DNA from: Trichoplax adhaerens
Taxonomy: Eukaryota; Animalia; Placozoa
Assembly: GCF_000150275.1 (NCBI RefSeq)
Contig: NW_002060946.1
Location: 6,925,855 to 6,989,854 of the forward strand
DNA length: 64,000 bases
Direction of reading: 5' to 3'
Positions within the stretch are counted from its first letter, which is position 1. Each line of letters opens with the position of its first letter. The position numbers and the translations under genes were made by a program. Under the pieces are notes generated by a model. It was not told the DNA's origin, ran no database searches, and saw nothing but the letters and a program-made list of their open reading frames with translations. Positions 41,570 through 55,069 of this stretch are shown here, piece after piece.

Positions 41570-41950
41570 CGTATGCGCCGTATTATTTTATTCCTTGCAG
41601 ACATTGGACTGTAGGGTACTTCAACATTTTGAAAGGATATCAAATCAGTTAAAATCGGCTTTCCATCCAATTTCATCACAACCAATCAGCCACTATCAAT
41701 TTTCCGATATCATCACAATATGTCAGAGAGCCTTTAATCGCGCACTGATATACAACGTAGTGCCCATACGACAAAGATTGCGCTTGATTTCAAATAAGGG
41801 TATATTATACGTCGTATTATTTTATTCCTAACAGGCATTAGACGGTAGGATAATTCAACATTTTAAAGGATATCAAACCAGTTGAAATCAGCCTTCGATT
41901 GAATTCGTCATAACAAATTAACAATCATTCGATATCATAACAATATTTCA
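41570..41950. repeat. Direct duplication, ~234-bp period
   Basis: CGTATTATTTTATTCCT...CAACATTTT.AAAGGATATCAAA.CAGTT at 41579 and 41813. Confidence 0.75.
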
Positions 41951-43210
41951 AAAATAAATCATCAGGCAATAGAATAAATAAGCAATCTCCTCATCGATGA
42001 TTGTATGGAGCACTGATTGACACTGACAAACTAGCAAGAAAATAAGAATGACCAACATTTATTGCTAACACCGACCGATGAGGACGTGTTATGCAGTAAA
42101 CCCAACATTTTCGTCATCCTATTACTACAGTGGCTTAGAAACGCAATTCAAGTTGGTAGAGTATTTAAAATATCATTCACTTTTTGGCCTGAGTCTTCGA
42201 TATCGTGTAAAATAGCAGATGCAATAAATAAATACTGTACTACAACGACGATGTACATAAAGTCTACATTACTATACACGTACAACACTAGTCTACGCAC
42301 ACACACAGTATACTTTTTGCAGTATGCAGTATAGTCAATGGAGATAAATATAACTGTAATGACTTTCTATTGACGAGCGATACAAAAAGAAATTGAAACA
42401 CATCGTTGTAGTAGCAACTACAAATAAACAACACATATATAACATTCATTTATAAATACCTAAATGGATTGCCTACGTACAACGTCGGCGTAGCTTAGGC
42501 AAAGCTAACTATTAGTAGCAGATATGCAATCATATTACATAAGAAGTAGGTCAATATTCCAAATAAAAAATACACAATCTTTCACTACATTACGAGACAT
42601 AATATAATAGTGTCATCATCATAATGATGTAAGCCTGTACGATAATTTGCGAGTATATTACTACAAGTCTCGAGTTTAACCAATTCAGCAATGAGACACG
42701 CTTATAAATACAGTAACCTTTCCTTACAACATCTATATCAGAATTTTACATTTATGGTTGTTAATAATACCTCATCACTTGTTAATGGCTGATTGACATA
42801 AAATTCTTATTATTACAGTATGTTACTGATTACTGGTTGCTACTATCCTATCTCGGTAAAATAGTTCGGATAGTCTGTTATAAAACATTTATCTTCTACT
42901 GTATATTTGGAAATTGTCTATTTATACACTTTTACAAAATACCTTTCTTTTCCAATGACAGCATTACTTCACAGGACATATTGGTAGAATTACGCGTAGC
43001 AGATTGATGACCGAGACAGTGATAAAAGAATTTTCAACATCACTTGCATGCATAATTCTAACTATTTCAACCACTTTTATCATGAATTAGTCATTATCGA
43101 TACTGTACTTCAACTACAGCGGTAAAGAAATTTAATCTTTTCTACGGCTATACTACAGATGGTAATCTACAGCTTGTATAGTCTTTGATCGCAATTTGAA
43201 ATTGAATCGT

Positions 43211-46200
43211 TTAATTCAAAAACTTTCGACATTTCTTTGAACTACAGTTACACGGTAATTTAATATCTTCTTTCGCAAAGTTATAATCGTATGTCAGTTC
43301 TTCTCCAGGATAGATTCTGCAATATTGTACAATATACTCATCGTCAACGTTACAGACCGAATCTACTATGCTACATACAGCATGATAATATTCTATTATA
43401 GCGTCTACGTTACCTTCGTAAAGCAAAGATTATGATCTTCTTAATATTGTCAATAGGTACAATTTTGCAATAACAATTAGGATCACAGGAATGATTAATA
43501 AATCTAGCTGCATTGCCACTAAGAGTGGCATCAATGACCTCATCACGATCGATCCTAAACATGTAACAACCTAAACCCTAGGGCAATCATTAAATTAAAA
43601 AGATAGAATTAACGTTCAAGATACAATTATTATCGAATTAGATTCGTTCAAGACTGATTCTGGCTTGCCTTCCAGATAAAATACTTACTTTGCCTTCGTA
43701 ATACTTTTCCTGCTTATCGGTTAAAATTGATCGAATTTTAGTACCAGCATATTCCATAATCATTTCTCCGGCTTCAATAATCCTTTTACAAAACAATCCC
43801 CGTCCGTGGATATCTGATCTATAAACGCCTACAGTTTCTTTCGCAGTTGCGGCTAAATGACGATATCTCATAGCCATAGGTAGTTCCAAACCAGTTGCTC
43901 GACTATAAGTAAAATACAGTCCAGTCGAATATAAATAATACTATACTACTGGACCAAGATGGACCTAAAGGTCCGATAAAATTTAACATAACTAGTTATT
44001 ATACCGTATAGCAAGGGCTTCATCAACAGCTTTACTTGGAATATTGTCAGTTTGTAATTCACTTAATGTCGAAACTTTGCGATATGGTGACATTAAAAAG
44101 CTAAACATATCATAGTGTGATGTACGGCGATACACTTCAGTTCGGATACAACCGCTAGGATTAGGAACAATAACCTTCAATTTGAAAATTATAATTATTA
44201 GCTAGCATTTTAGTCAAAAGCACCATTGAATAACAAATTCATTCCACAACGATACCGTAACCTTTAACATAATGAATAAAACACATTTTAATCTTTTCTA
44301 TATGTAGCCTACCTACCTCTGAAAATCGCTGAGCATGAAATTGAAATTCATAATTTTTAAAAGTCACTGGAGCTGATAACTGTTCAATGATAAATTTGAC
44401 AGGTTCCTGTGTTAAACAAAAAAATAAATAAATTATAAACATATTTATTAATAACTAACAACATTTGTAGTACAATACACCTTCGACCAACATCACATGA
44501 AAACTTTTTTAAAAAGAATTAGCGGAGAATTAACATAGATACGCAAGGAGGTAAAGATTAGACTGGATAATACGCGTATAACCTTAGTTAATCCAAACAC
44601 GTCCAGACCAACGAAATCTACAAGCAAATATTAAAATTTTAATCTGAACAGATCAACGCGCATAAATTGTAAGAATAAAACTACTATAAGATAGACAATA
44701 CCGTCCAAGGCTCTATGACGATCTTTCAATTGTGGGTTAATCTGACAAGCCAGCTTCTTGATTAATTTCCAACCCTTGTTACAGGTATCAGTTTTAATAC
44801 TGAAACCGTCTGAGCTTTCTAAATGGAATTCTAATGTTGACTTGTACAAGCGCTTCTTCGATTGTTTGGTATTGATTCCCTTTGCTTTCTTATAAGATCT
44901 ACCACTAACTGCACTTTGAGTTGTACTTTCGTTACTACATTGGGCGTCTGAATTATCAGTCATGGACATGTCAGAAGTAGCTTGATTGGACTGTACATCG
45001 CTTTGTTTATCAGATTGCTCAGACAATGTGCTATTCAAGTTTAGAGGTACATTGCTATTTAGATTTGAAGCCACACTGTTTAAGTTTGAAGAGGGGTTAC
45101 TATTTAAAATGGAAGGCGGACTGCTGATGGCGTAATTTTGATGCTGGACTTGATTAGGCGGTACGTACATATAGGACATTCCAGAATTAACGACGTAATT
45201 TGGTACGTAGTAGTAAAATGTTTCTCCAATCTTGACCAAAGGTGACACTTGCGTATTGATTGGCATAGGACTAGTTGTATGATTATAGTTGTAATTACAA
45301 GGCCAGTTCAATGGAACATTCCAGTATGCTGCAGTATTCTGGTAGCCTGAAGGGTTTATGTTTGATGCTGAAGGCGTAGACTGGTGATGATATTGTAACC
45401 CACGGTTGCAAGAATCTGAAACGTTAGCTATGACGTTGTTGTTATTTGTAACTGTACTAAGATTACTGATAACATGCCGATCTTTATTATTAGCGATACC
45501 GCTAGTACTGCTATAGCTTGTTGTGCCGGACTGAATATGAGATATGGATTGTATACGTACATCACTCGGTGATCCTTGATCTGTTATAGACTTATGGTCT
45601 GATAGCGTATTGTCACAGCTTGTATCATTCGTTGTAATAAACTCATTTTCAGCAGACTGTTCTTCAACTAACTCGTCAACCGGTGAGAAATTTTCATGAA
45701 CGTGGGTATAATGTTCCAATTCTTTATTGTTTTGATTACTTCGAACTGCACGTTTCTTCTTATGAACTGTTAAAGTGTATGTACAAATGGTTCCGGGATA
45801 TTTTGTACTCCAAAATGATACAGTAGCTCTAATTCAAGAACAGTTTAGAGATTGAATTAACGTGACTTTAAAATGCTTACTACACTAACGCAAGAAATAC
45901 AAATTACCTATAGTTAACTGGAATTAAAACATTCGTCCAATCGGATAACTCATCTAAACTGCCCAATGATTTTATCTCTAGTGATCCTATAAATTAATAT
46001 ATCAAAACATGTATAGCCAAATTTATTACTATTACTCTATAATAAATAATAATTGACCCTGAGTAGTATTAACGGAACAACTTATTATTAAGTTAAGATC
46101 TGTTAATTTACCTATTCTAATAGCTACCGATGAAGGCTCTACACCTTTTTTGACAATTTTCTTAAAACCTTGCAATTTAGTCATGTCAATAGTAAAGTGC

Positions 46201-49200
46201 TTTAACATTACTTGTGATTCGCTTGGACTAATCTGTCAAGATTAAAATTTTCAAAGTTGTCTAGGTGTAAATGCATTTCCCGATAACTTATCGCAATATA
46301 AATGAATTAGAAGATACTTACAGTATCGCGGTTATTTGCATGCAATTGGCAGAAGACTTTTCTGTCTCTAGTGAAAGCACACCCGTCCTCTCTGATAATA
46401 ACAATATTGATATGATCATTCGTTAGCATGTTAGCGTTAAAAATACCGTTACAGCCTTATTATCGTAATTAACAGCTCAAAATACCGCGCGCATAGAAAA
46501 TGATAGTTCCTTGTACATCGAGATTCACAGCATCCAATTGTTGCACCTAGCTCATGGCAAGCATCACATCGCTACAGGTATATTAAAACGCATCAAATTA
46601 ACAAATAAACAACTATTACATTCAGTTTGAAAAATATTAAATTAGAATATTACATTACCATTTGTTTTCCGCGTGCACAAGCGATCTGCACATTTAGCAA
46701 CTGTCCATCTTGATTTTCATAAACCTAGATCGAAATAGGTAATCGTTATCGATTGCTTTACTTTATTTCGTTGCGAGATCAATTCTTAAGCAAAATAGTA
46801 AAATGCAAGGATAAAATTGTTATAAACTTATTTACCTCAGCAGACCAAAGGGCACAATTTACATGTACCCATTCATCCAACATATAATATAATAATCTTC
46901 CTGCATTCTAATTTTTTTTATCAGATTTTTGAAATAGTTTAGAATTGAAATATGTTTATAAGATATTAAAGACAATGTATGGTACAACACATCATGCATT
47001 TGACTAACTTCTCCAGGACCATTTTCAGATTTACAGCATAAACTACATTGGCGTGTATCCTATAAAAATAAAAAAGCCAATTTGCATAGTGATTAAATAT
47101 AGATCAACAATACCAGTAGAAGACAGTTAAGTGATGATTTCTTTCTATGGGACAATCATTAAGTATAATGGCAAACCTTCTGAAGGGGTATTTCTTTTCG
47201 CTCTGTAGGCGGGTTATCGATTACATTGTCGGATTTAGATGTGGTTGCAATTGGTATCATATCAACACTATTGTCAAGATTAGTTTTCGTATCATTAACT
47301 TGCTTTCCTGCCTATTATGTAAGTAAACCCATCAGAAATGCCCTGTCTGCGAACTTATTTATTAATCCAACATACTTGTAAGATTAATATCTCTTTATCA
47401 TCGTTATTCTGATTGCATTCGTAATCGTGTTCCAACATATAAGTGTTCAAATCCTTTTCATGTAATTTTCTGCGATATTATACTTATATTAGTCACTAAC
47501 CCATGTCTGCTCGTTATAGTATATAATTATATTCATATACAATAGCGAAATTGAATGTAACTATTTTACCCTTCGTGGTAAATTTGTTGCATACATATCT
47601 GGGGATTTATTACAACATGCCAAGGAAATACATTTGTCATAACCTATAACATAAATTTAAAAAGTGGTTAACTTTTAATATTAGGTTGACCATTGAAAAG
47701 TATTTAAAATTTTTTGTCTTACCATGCGAAAGATATCATAAGTCCTTCTCACATCGTTTTCACTTAGTATATTTGCAATACATGGGTCACCATGAATTTT
47801 ACTACCGATAGCTCTAGTGATATCGACACAAAAATCGTTCTATATGAATGATGTACAGGATGATATTAGTGCAATATTTTAAAAATCTGCTTTTATGCAG
47901 TATATTACATAAAAGAGTCAAAATGCAGCATAATAATGGCCATGTCTTGAAACTTTTAATAATTGCTTACTAAATTAGAGTATTTTGTTCCCTTCGCTTT
48001 GGAAAGTATTTTCGTAAAATCTTTCGAAAATATTTCCTGCAACAGGATATGAAAAATAATTTTATTAAGCAATAAAGAAATATTTCATAAAATATATTTA
48101 TACTCTATGATAAACACACAGATACTAGATAATAATCAACTGGCAGATAAAAACCTTGGTTTTCAAATTTTGTTTATCAGTCATTTCATGGATCGATTGT
48201 ATCGTAGACAAAACCTATTACGGATATTGGTTTATTTATGACAGTTGCATTCAAATACAATCGCGGTTAGAGTTAATATAAGTTGGCCAAGGTGATAGTA
48301 ATTGAGTTCGATGTCCCTACCTGTAAAATTAATTTATGTAAATGTTCATCAGCAATTCCTTTCCAACTAGGGGCACTTTTCTTAGTACATTGATCGCATG
48401 TGAATTGGTAGTCATCCGGTAAGTTCATTAATACTTCATACTGATTTACTGTTTGAAAGAGATAAAATAATAATCTAAGAATTATGTGACATTATTAATG
48501 ATATAAACAAGTATATGTATTAATGTAGTTTTTAAAAACCTGTCATGTCTAGACACTTCGCATGAAACCAACCATCGCAGTTTTTGCAATAAAGAATTGA
48601 TTCGATGCAAGAATCCTTATAAAAGCTTACGTTACACATTTTACAATATTCGCCTCTGTCTCTAAGGATACCGCACAATTGGCATAAAGTAAAATTATGC
48701 ATCCACTGACTTTTCTTCTGAAGGAATAGACATGAAAATATAAACATAAACAAAAACAACTCGATTATGATTGAAGGCTAACCCTTGTTATAGCGTAGCT
48801 ATAAACCAATCCACTGTAAAATTTGCTAGTAATAGAGTTTTACCTTTCCAGCACGAGTAGAGCCACAACTAATGCAGCGTACGCAGTATCTACAAACCTA
48901 AAAATGAAAACAACATATCACGATGTTATCCTCTTTTGTTTTCAATAAATCATATTTTCTTCTTTCTATATGGTAATATTAATAATTCCATAAAGGATAT
49001 ACAATAATTATTCCACGAGTAATCAAATACCCATGTGCCATTTTCGGAAGATTTTCTTTGATAATTAGTTCCAAAGCAAGAAGGGTGATAATACTTGCAA
49101 CATTTTGAACATTTAAGTAGCTATTGACAGGAGAGAAAAATATAGTAGAATCTTAATTTCAAACACTGACGCTGAAATTTGTCATAAAATATAGCTACGT

Positions 49201-51870
49201 ACATTTTTTCCTCTCTTGCACTCTTCACATACGCGGCACTTTACACAATACCATTGGTTGACATCGCGTACTTTATCGCTTAAGCAGAAAGCATGAAATG
49301 TTTGACAGCAACTACTGCATTGAATAATCTATGTAATTAGATAAGCAAATAGACTCATTGAAAACCATTTGAAAGAAGATATTAGAATATAATAAATTCT
49401 AATCTCGAAGCAACATTTAAATCACTACAAGTGTATAAGCTATCAAATTATAACTCATACACTGTCTGCCCCACCACTGCCACATAAATAACATAAAGTA
49501 TCAGATTGGTCGAATTTGCGATCAGTGTAACAGACAACGTGACCATTTTTTAGCAATCCTTTTCTATCGCTATAGCCTTGCCAAGGGAAGAATATACTAT
49601 CATCGTTTGATCTTGGGTGAACATTCCAAGTATTTACAAGAGTTATTGGCGTTTCGAAGTTTTGCTCATCTTCAGCTAGTAACGAAAATGTTATTGTAAA
49701 TCTAGAATCGAAATATTACATTATTAGCAATTAAGCACAAAGTTAGGTTAGCAACTCTACCTTCCGCTTCGCAATTGTTCCCTACAACTGTAGATACAGC
49801 ATTAGCTCTTTCTTCTTGGTTACTTTTGAGTTTTGGGTTAACCTTTTTTCTGTTGATGGCGCTGGTTTTAAAGGTCGGATTAGTCTTTCTTAAATCCAAT
49901 GTTTGGTCGTTGTCTTCATCTGAGTGACGGTGACAATATTTAATAGAAAAAGTTTGTAATAATTTCAACAACAAATAATATTACGTGCATAAAATCTACC
50001 AATAACTTACCTAATGTTAGCTTCACCTTCTTCCCTATTCCTAAAGTAGTACTTTCAGTAATACGTTCAGTATTTTTGTTGCTGAGCAATGTATCAGATT
50101 TTTTATGGTTAGCATCCCGATATATAATATCTTGTGCTATCGCCAATTGACTATATGTTCTTTTCTTATTTTTACTAGAGCTCTTAGTAGTAGTTAATTT
50201 ATGTTCTTTGGTCCCTTCAGAGTTATTTTTATAACCGATAGGAACGACATCCACTGTATCTTGGGTTGTAATTATGCCATTTAGAAGCACATCATTTGCT
50301 ACAATCATTACATATTAGATCAGTATGATGGGTAATATTCATCATGTTACAGCTAACTGATTATTATGTAACTAAAAGTCAACGAACCAGTTTGTGGTTG
50401 AATCGCATGACTCACGTCTTCGTGACAACTAAGATAACTATCACTCGAGCTGCCTCCATCATGATCTAGGTATAAATATCGTATTCCATATACAATTAAC
50501 ACTTGTTCGTATGTTGATGATTTACACTAACGTACAGTGTTTATTTCTTTCAAGTTAATATACTGTAGTATAATATTTTGCAATACAATTACAATTAGTA
50601 TCCTATAACGAGATTCTTGACCAACATACCTAAATTTTTTATCGAAACTAGCTCAACATAACCTGGCTGATTTATATCGCTGTCTGATAATTTACTATAA
50701 TATTTGATAGAAGAATTAGAATCATTGGATACTATCGGTAAGATTGCCATTAAACCCTAAAGCGTAATGAAATTTCTGCAATAAGTAAATAAGTATATTT
50801 AATCTACCAATTGGTCTGGGAATCCCAGCTTTCCATATTCAATTTTTCAGAACTAAGTTTCAGGTGATGATCTCCTGCTATTTGTCTCTTTTCATTAAGT
50901 GATTCCAAAGCAATCTATGATTCCAATAGCAATAGAGAAATTATTACATTTAGAGCTTCTACGTTAATAAATAGCGTTCACAATAGCTAAATGTTGTCCA
51001 TAAATTTTAAATATTTATAGATTTATTAGCAGTATCGCTGGAATAATGAATTATTGAAGTACTATATTACCTCGCTCGAAATGTTGTTGCTTGCATTGAT
51101 ATCCGCCGATGAAGCTAGAGGATAAAATAAGACACAATCAATTATATGTATAAATTATTCCAACGTTTCTACTCCATCAGTTTATTGTATATTAGTATAT
51201 TTGTACACCATATAGTAGTGGAGATCACTAATAGCTTAGAGAATACGATGAATTTGGTCCTCGTTTTACACAAAAAATCACTAAATGGTTGCAGTAAGCA
51301 AATAACTTAGAGGTAATACACCATACAGTTAGGAATCTCGTGTATGACAGAAAATGAAAACTTGTCTACGACATACTACAGAGAACGTAAAAAATGACGG
51401 AAACAAACATCTGAGGTGGTTATATTAATAGCTGACGAATAGAGTCTATCGTCAATTCCTGGTTGCTATGTTTCACCACAGCTGAAAAAACCTCATAAAG
51501 AGACGCTCCTATGCGATTGATAGTAACGATACCTTGATTAGTTGATTTTTTTTTCGGTCTTTGCAAGCTTTTCAATTTCTGTGTTACTCTAGCAACAGAA
51601 CGCTGAGCTGATTGGCGTTTCAACCGACTACGACTATCGAATTAAAATAATCACAAAATCAAGAATGTTGTTTCTACAGCGACCTAGTAAAGCTAAGGTA
51701 TTCAACATGAATATTACGGTAATAAAGGAATTCTATCCAATACGCAGAAATCGCTGCTTGAGTATCTTCTCTACAACAAGATTATTATAATAATCAATTC
51801 TAGTGTAGAATTTATCTACCTATCTTCATTCATCATAACTTCATTGTTCAAGGAAGGAGATGGACAGCTA
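43211..51870 (-). CDS. trx: Trithorax / KMT2A-B (MLL1/2)-type histone H3K4 methyltransferase, spliced (~35 exons; 5' end uncertain)
   Basis: SET/post-SET exons: 43211-43316 ([10 protein letters not shown]...[13 protein letters not shown]), 43414-43577 (GCYMFRID...[14 protein letters not shown]), 43689-43902 ([10 protein letters not shown]...[14 protein letters not shown]). Win exon 44005-44174. FYRC ~44313-44408, ~44583-44617 and the end of 44702-45827. FYRN ~45780-46233. ePHD ~46322-47059 ([13 protein letters not shown]). Bromo-like ~47570-48040. PHD1-3 ~48321-49500 (LCYLCGS...FHAFCL...YHPSC...WFHAKC). Basic, low-complexity N-terminal exons to ~51868. LPMAMR, YDMFSFL and separated FYRN/FYRC indicate the Trx/MLL1-2 clade rather than Trr/MLL3-4. 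Confidence 0.93.
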
Positions 51871-53074
51871 TAAATTGAATCCTACAGTTAGCCCCAATAC
51901 CAATTTTCTTCTTTTAAATAAATAATTAAAATATTAATCCGATGAGATAAGAGTCATTATCAACATAGATTCAAAGTTTGTAGATTACTGTGTTAAAGTG
52001 AGCCGTTGTAAGAAAATCTTGAATTATTATTAATTTGAATAGAAAGTAATTAGTATAAAGTTTAACTTTCAGCATTTATACCACATTGATTATAGCTAGT
52101 GATAATCATTTACAGAAAGATAGTATATTTTGCCAATGGCAATCTAGAATAGTGAAGTGAATCGTAACGAAGGAAATTTATTTCACAACTATAAATATTC
52201 ACTTCCAGTGCAATGTTCATAACTTTGCAGGGTAAAATATAGCATGTATGGCTTTCTATCACTTATGTATGCATAATACTCGTATAGCATTACTCGTATT
52301 TTGATTGTCAGCGAAATTGTTTTCCGTAAAGCATACGCATACATAGATTAAAATCTACGTATGTTGATAAGTTCTTGCCAGGAAGTGATGCATCAAAAGG
52401 ATCAATTCCATGTATTTAGAAAATACCAATGTTGTAGCTGATCTCTACAAATTTCCATGCTTACTTATCCTTATGTGATTGACAGCTTTGATCGACGTGT
52501 TTGCCTATATTCTACACATGTTTGTTAAGTACAAGGAGGCCAGCTACAGTACTGGATACAATTTCTATTCAACAAAAAACCGTTCGGTTTAGTATGGAGA
52601 TATGGCGAATAGAATGAATCAATTTGTTAACGAGGCAAGGCGAATACTTTTTCAAGCTATTGGATGTGAATTTCCATATTCTAAGTAAACAAAACTAGTT
52701 TAGAATAGTATCGCAGGTTGGCCTGGCTAAGAATAGCAGGTGTCCAGGTTATATCCTCAAACGGTAGGTTTAGTTTTGAAGCTGCCGCTTTTCCATCAAA
52801 AAAGGGTAGAGTTTCTAGCTCTGACAAGCTAAAATAAAACTATTTGAACAACCACAGACATCCCGTATTTTTCTTAGAAGCTCTAGCCATTTAATGATTC
52901 GGGGATTAGAAAGTGATGAATGTTCAAATGAGCTACATCAAAGGAATATTCTATTTTACATTACACAGTATGCTTGCATAGTTGCAATGCAATCCGATTG
53001 GCACAGGCGTCTATTGCTGCGAGCTACTGAAAAATAATTTATTTCCCTTTTTCAAGGATATAATCAAGGCTACA

Positions 53075-53545
53075 TTGAATGAAAGGCCATCAGACTAGTA
53101 CCATTTTGTCGATTTATGGCAGAAAGATTAGGTATAGGTACAATAGGTTAGATATCCACTATTTAATATACTAAATTGTTTACTGTAATTAGGTTACGTT
53201 GCATTCCAATCATGCCAAAGGCCTCAGACTAGTACCATTTTGTCAATTTAATTTCAGAAAAGTTAGCTGTAAGATAGCTTAGATGTCCACAATTTAATTA
53301 GTTAGGCTACGTTGCATTCCAGCCATGTTCTAGGCCATTGGACTCGTACTATTTTGTCGATTTTCAGAAAAATTAGGTATAGGATAGGTTAGATATCCAC
53401 AATTGAATGAGCTAGGCTACGTTTGCATACGTTGCATATCAGTTATGTTAAAGGCTTCAGACTAGTATTATCTTGTTGATTTTCAGAAAAATCAGGTATA
53501 GGATAGTCTAGATATCCACAATTGAATGAGCTAGGCTACTTTGCA
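53075..53545. repeat. Tandem repeat, ~120-bp unit, 4 copies
   Basis: AGGCC..CAGACTAGTACCATTTTGTCGATTT..CAGAAAA..TAGGTATAGGATAG.TTAGATATCCAC at ~53083, 53219, 53332, 53451. Confidence 0.85.
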
Positions 53546-54479
53546 TAACGGTAATGCTGATTTTAGGAAAGTTGGATGGTAATTGAGGTAGTTTTTAGAA
53601 AAGTAGTGCAAGCAGAGGAAAGCAAAGACAACTGTATCCTTCCGTTGGATGGAAAAAAAAGAGATATAAAAGACCCTTAGCTAATTCCGTATCTTCTTTC
53701 AGATGACAACGATGCTATCACGCTACGGATAACGAAGTCAAGTTAAGCAATGTTATTTCTTTTTCTACTGGGTAAGGCTATGCAATCTCAGCTCCGTAAA
53801 GCATCAAAGTGTGACATTCCTATTTTCTCTACAAGTACCTCAAGTCATGAAAAGGAACTGCAGAAGGGATTTTAAGCATACTATAATGAATGTTGCTTAC
53901 ACCTTAGACTATCCACAGAACATTTTCTTGATATTGAACAGCATCTGCAGTCGAAAGCATCAAAATCAATTTATTACGTTATAATATGAACATGATGCCT
54001 GCCAATGCCAGTTGGAGGCAATCGATCGAGGACCGATTAGGACGTTGTAAAGAGGATAAAAACAACCTCTAGCTAGTCAATAAATTTGATCATTTGTATA
54101 CAATAAAAACTAGGTAGATTCAATATCCTATCAAGAGATTTTAGACTGTAGAAAGCGATTTGATCAGCCCCACCACCATGTTAACATTACTCGATTGTCC
54201 ATTTTTTTCCATTACCCATTGACTGAATGAGGTGGTGTCAAAATCTCCAGGTGAGGATAGACCTCAAGGCTAATAAATAACATTGCATTGGCTGAAAATA
54301 TGGCTATTCTACACTGGTTGGACATCAAGTAACGACAATGGATTGCAATAATGTCAAGATAGAGGAAGGAAAGTAAGTTTATCCTTGCGATTGATTACTA
54401 GTTTCATTTGCAGGTCTAGGATCGAAAATGTGTTCTTGCCTCCAATTGAATGGCTGCCGTCAGCCATGGAGCACACCTA

Positions 54480-55050
54480 GCAATGCAACCTGGTGCAAGC
54501 TAATCGACTGAGCATGGGCTAACCTGATTTTTCGGCTAATTCTGTCTTCTGCAAGTCGAAATGGATGAAAATGAGCTGATAGAGAGTTAATCGATGAAAT
54601 AAAAGCCAAGATGATGGAGTAAAATTGCTCTAATCGATTGGAAGTCGAAGGAGAAATGGCTTTGTCGTGTTGCTGTGGCCTGTAGTCGACTGTTCAAAAA
54701 ACACCGTCGCTGAATTTGGGTCGAAACGACTGATTGGCTAGTGCGTTATTAGGCATTACACTGTCAAGAGTAAGAGAGAGAAAGAGTCGCTTAAACAGTC
54801 CTGCAGCGCCCATACTGGTTATATTGTAGAGCAGACTTGCGTGAGGTTCAGTATGGCAAACCGGATTACCCCCCTCCTGTCACTGCCCTGTGTACCTAGT
54901 GTGAACTTTAGAATGGATGAGGTCTGTTATAATGATTCATATTGTTACAGGGTACAATAACTGCACTAACCCTATTCAATCCATGCAGGTAACCTAGCAA
55001 CCAGGTCGCCACCCGGTTGATCCAAAATTCCTGGCAGAGTCTAGTGGTGC
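54480..55050 (-). promoter_or_regulatory. Putative trx/KMT2 promoter region
   Basis: Local GC/CpG enrichment upstream of the last identifiable trx exons. NF-Y CCAAT consensus TAGCCAATCA on the - strand (54731-54740), AGTCGACT palindrome (54684-54691), RFX X-box GTAACCTAGCAAC (54989-55001). Confidence 0.45.
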
Positions 55051-55069
55051 TAGCAATCATGGCGATCGC

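Noticed and set aside
44695-44712. ALDG as a Taspase-1 site
   Set aside because: The G codon is split by the splice donor (spliced reading is ALDD), the P3 Gln is missing, and it lies inside FYRC.
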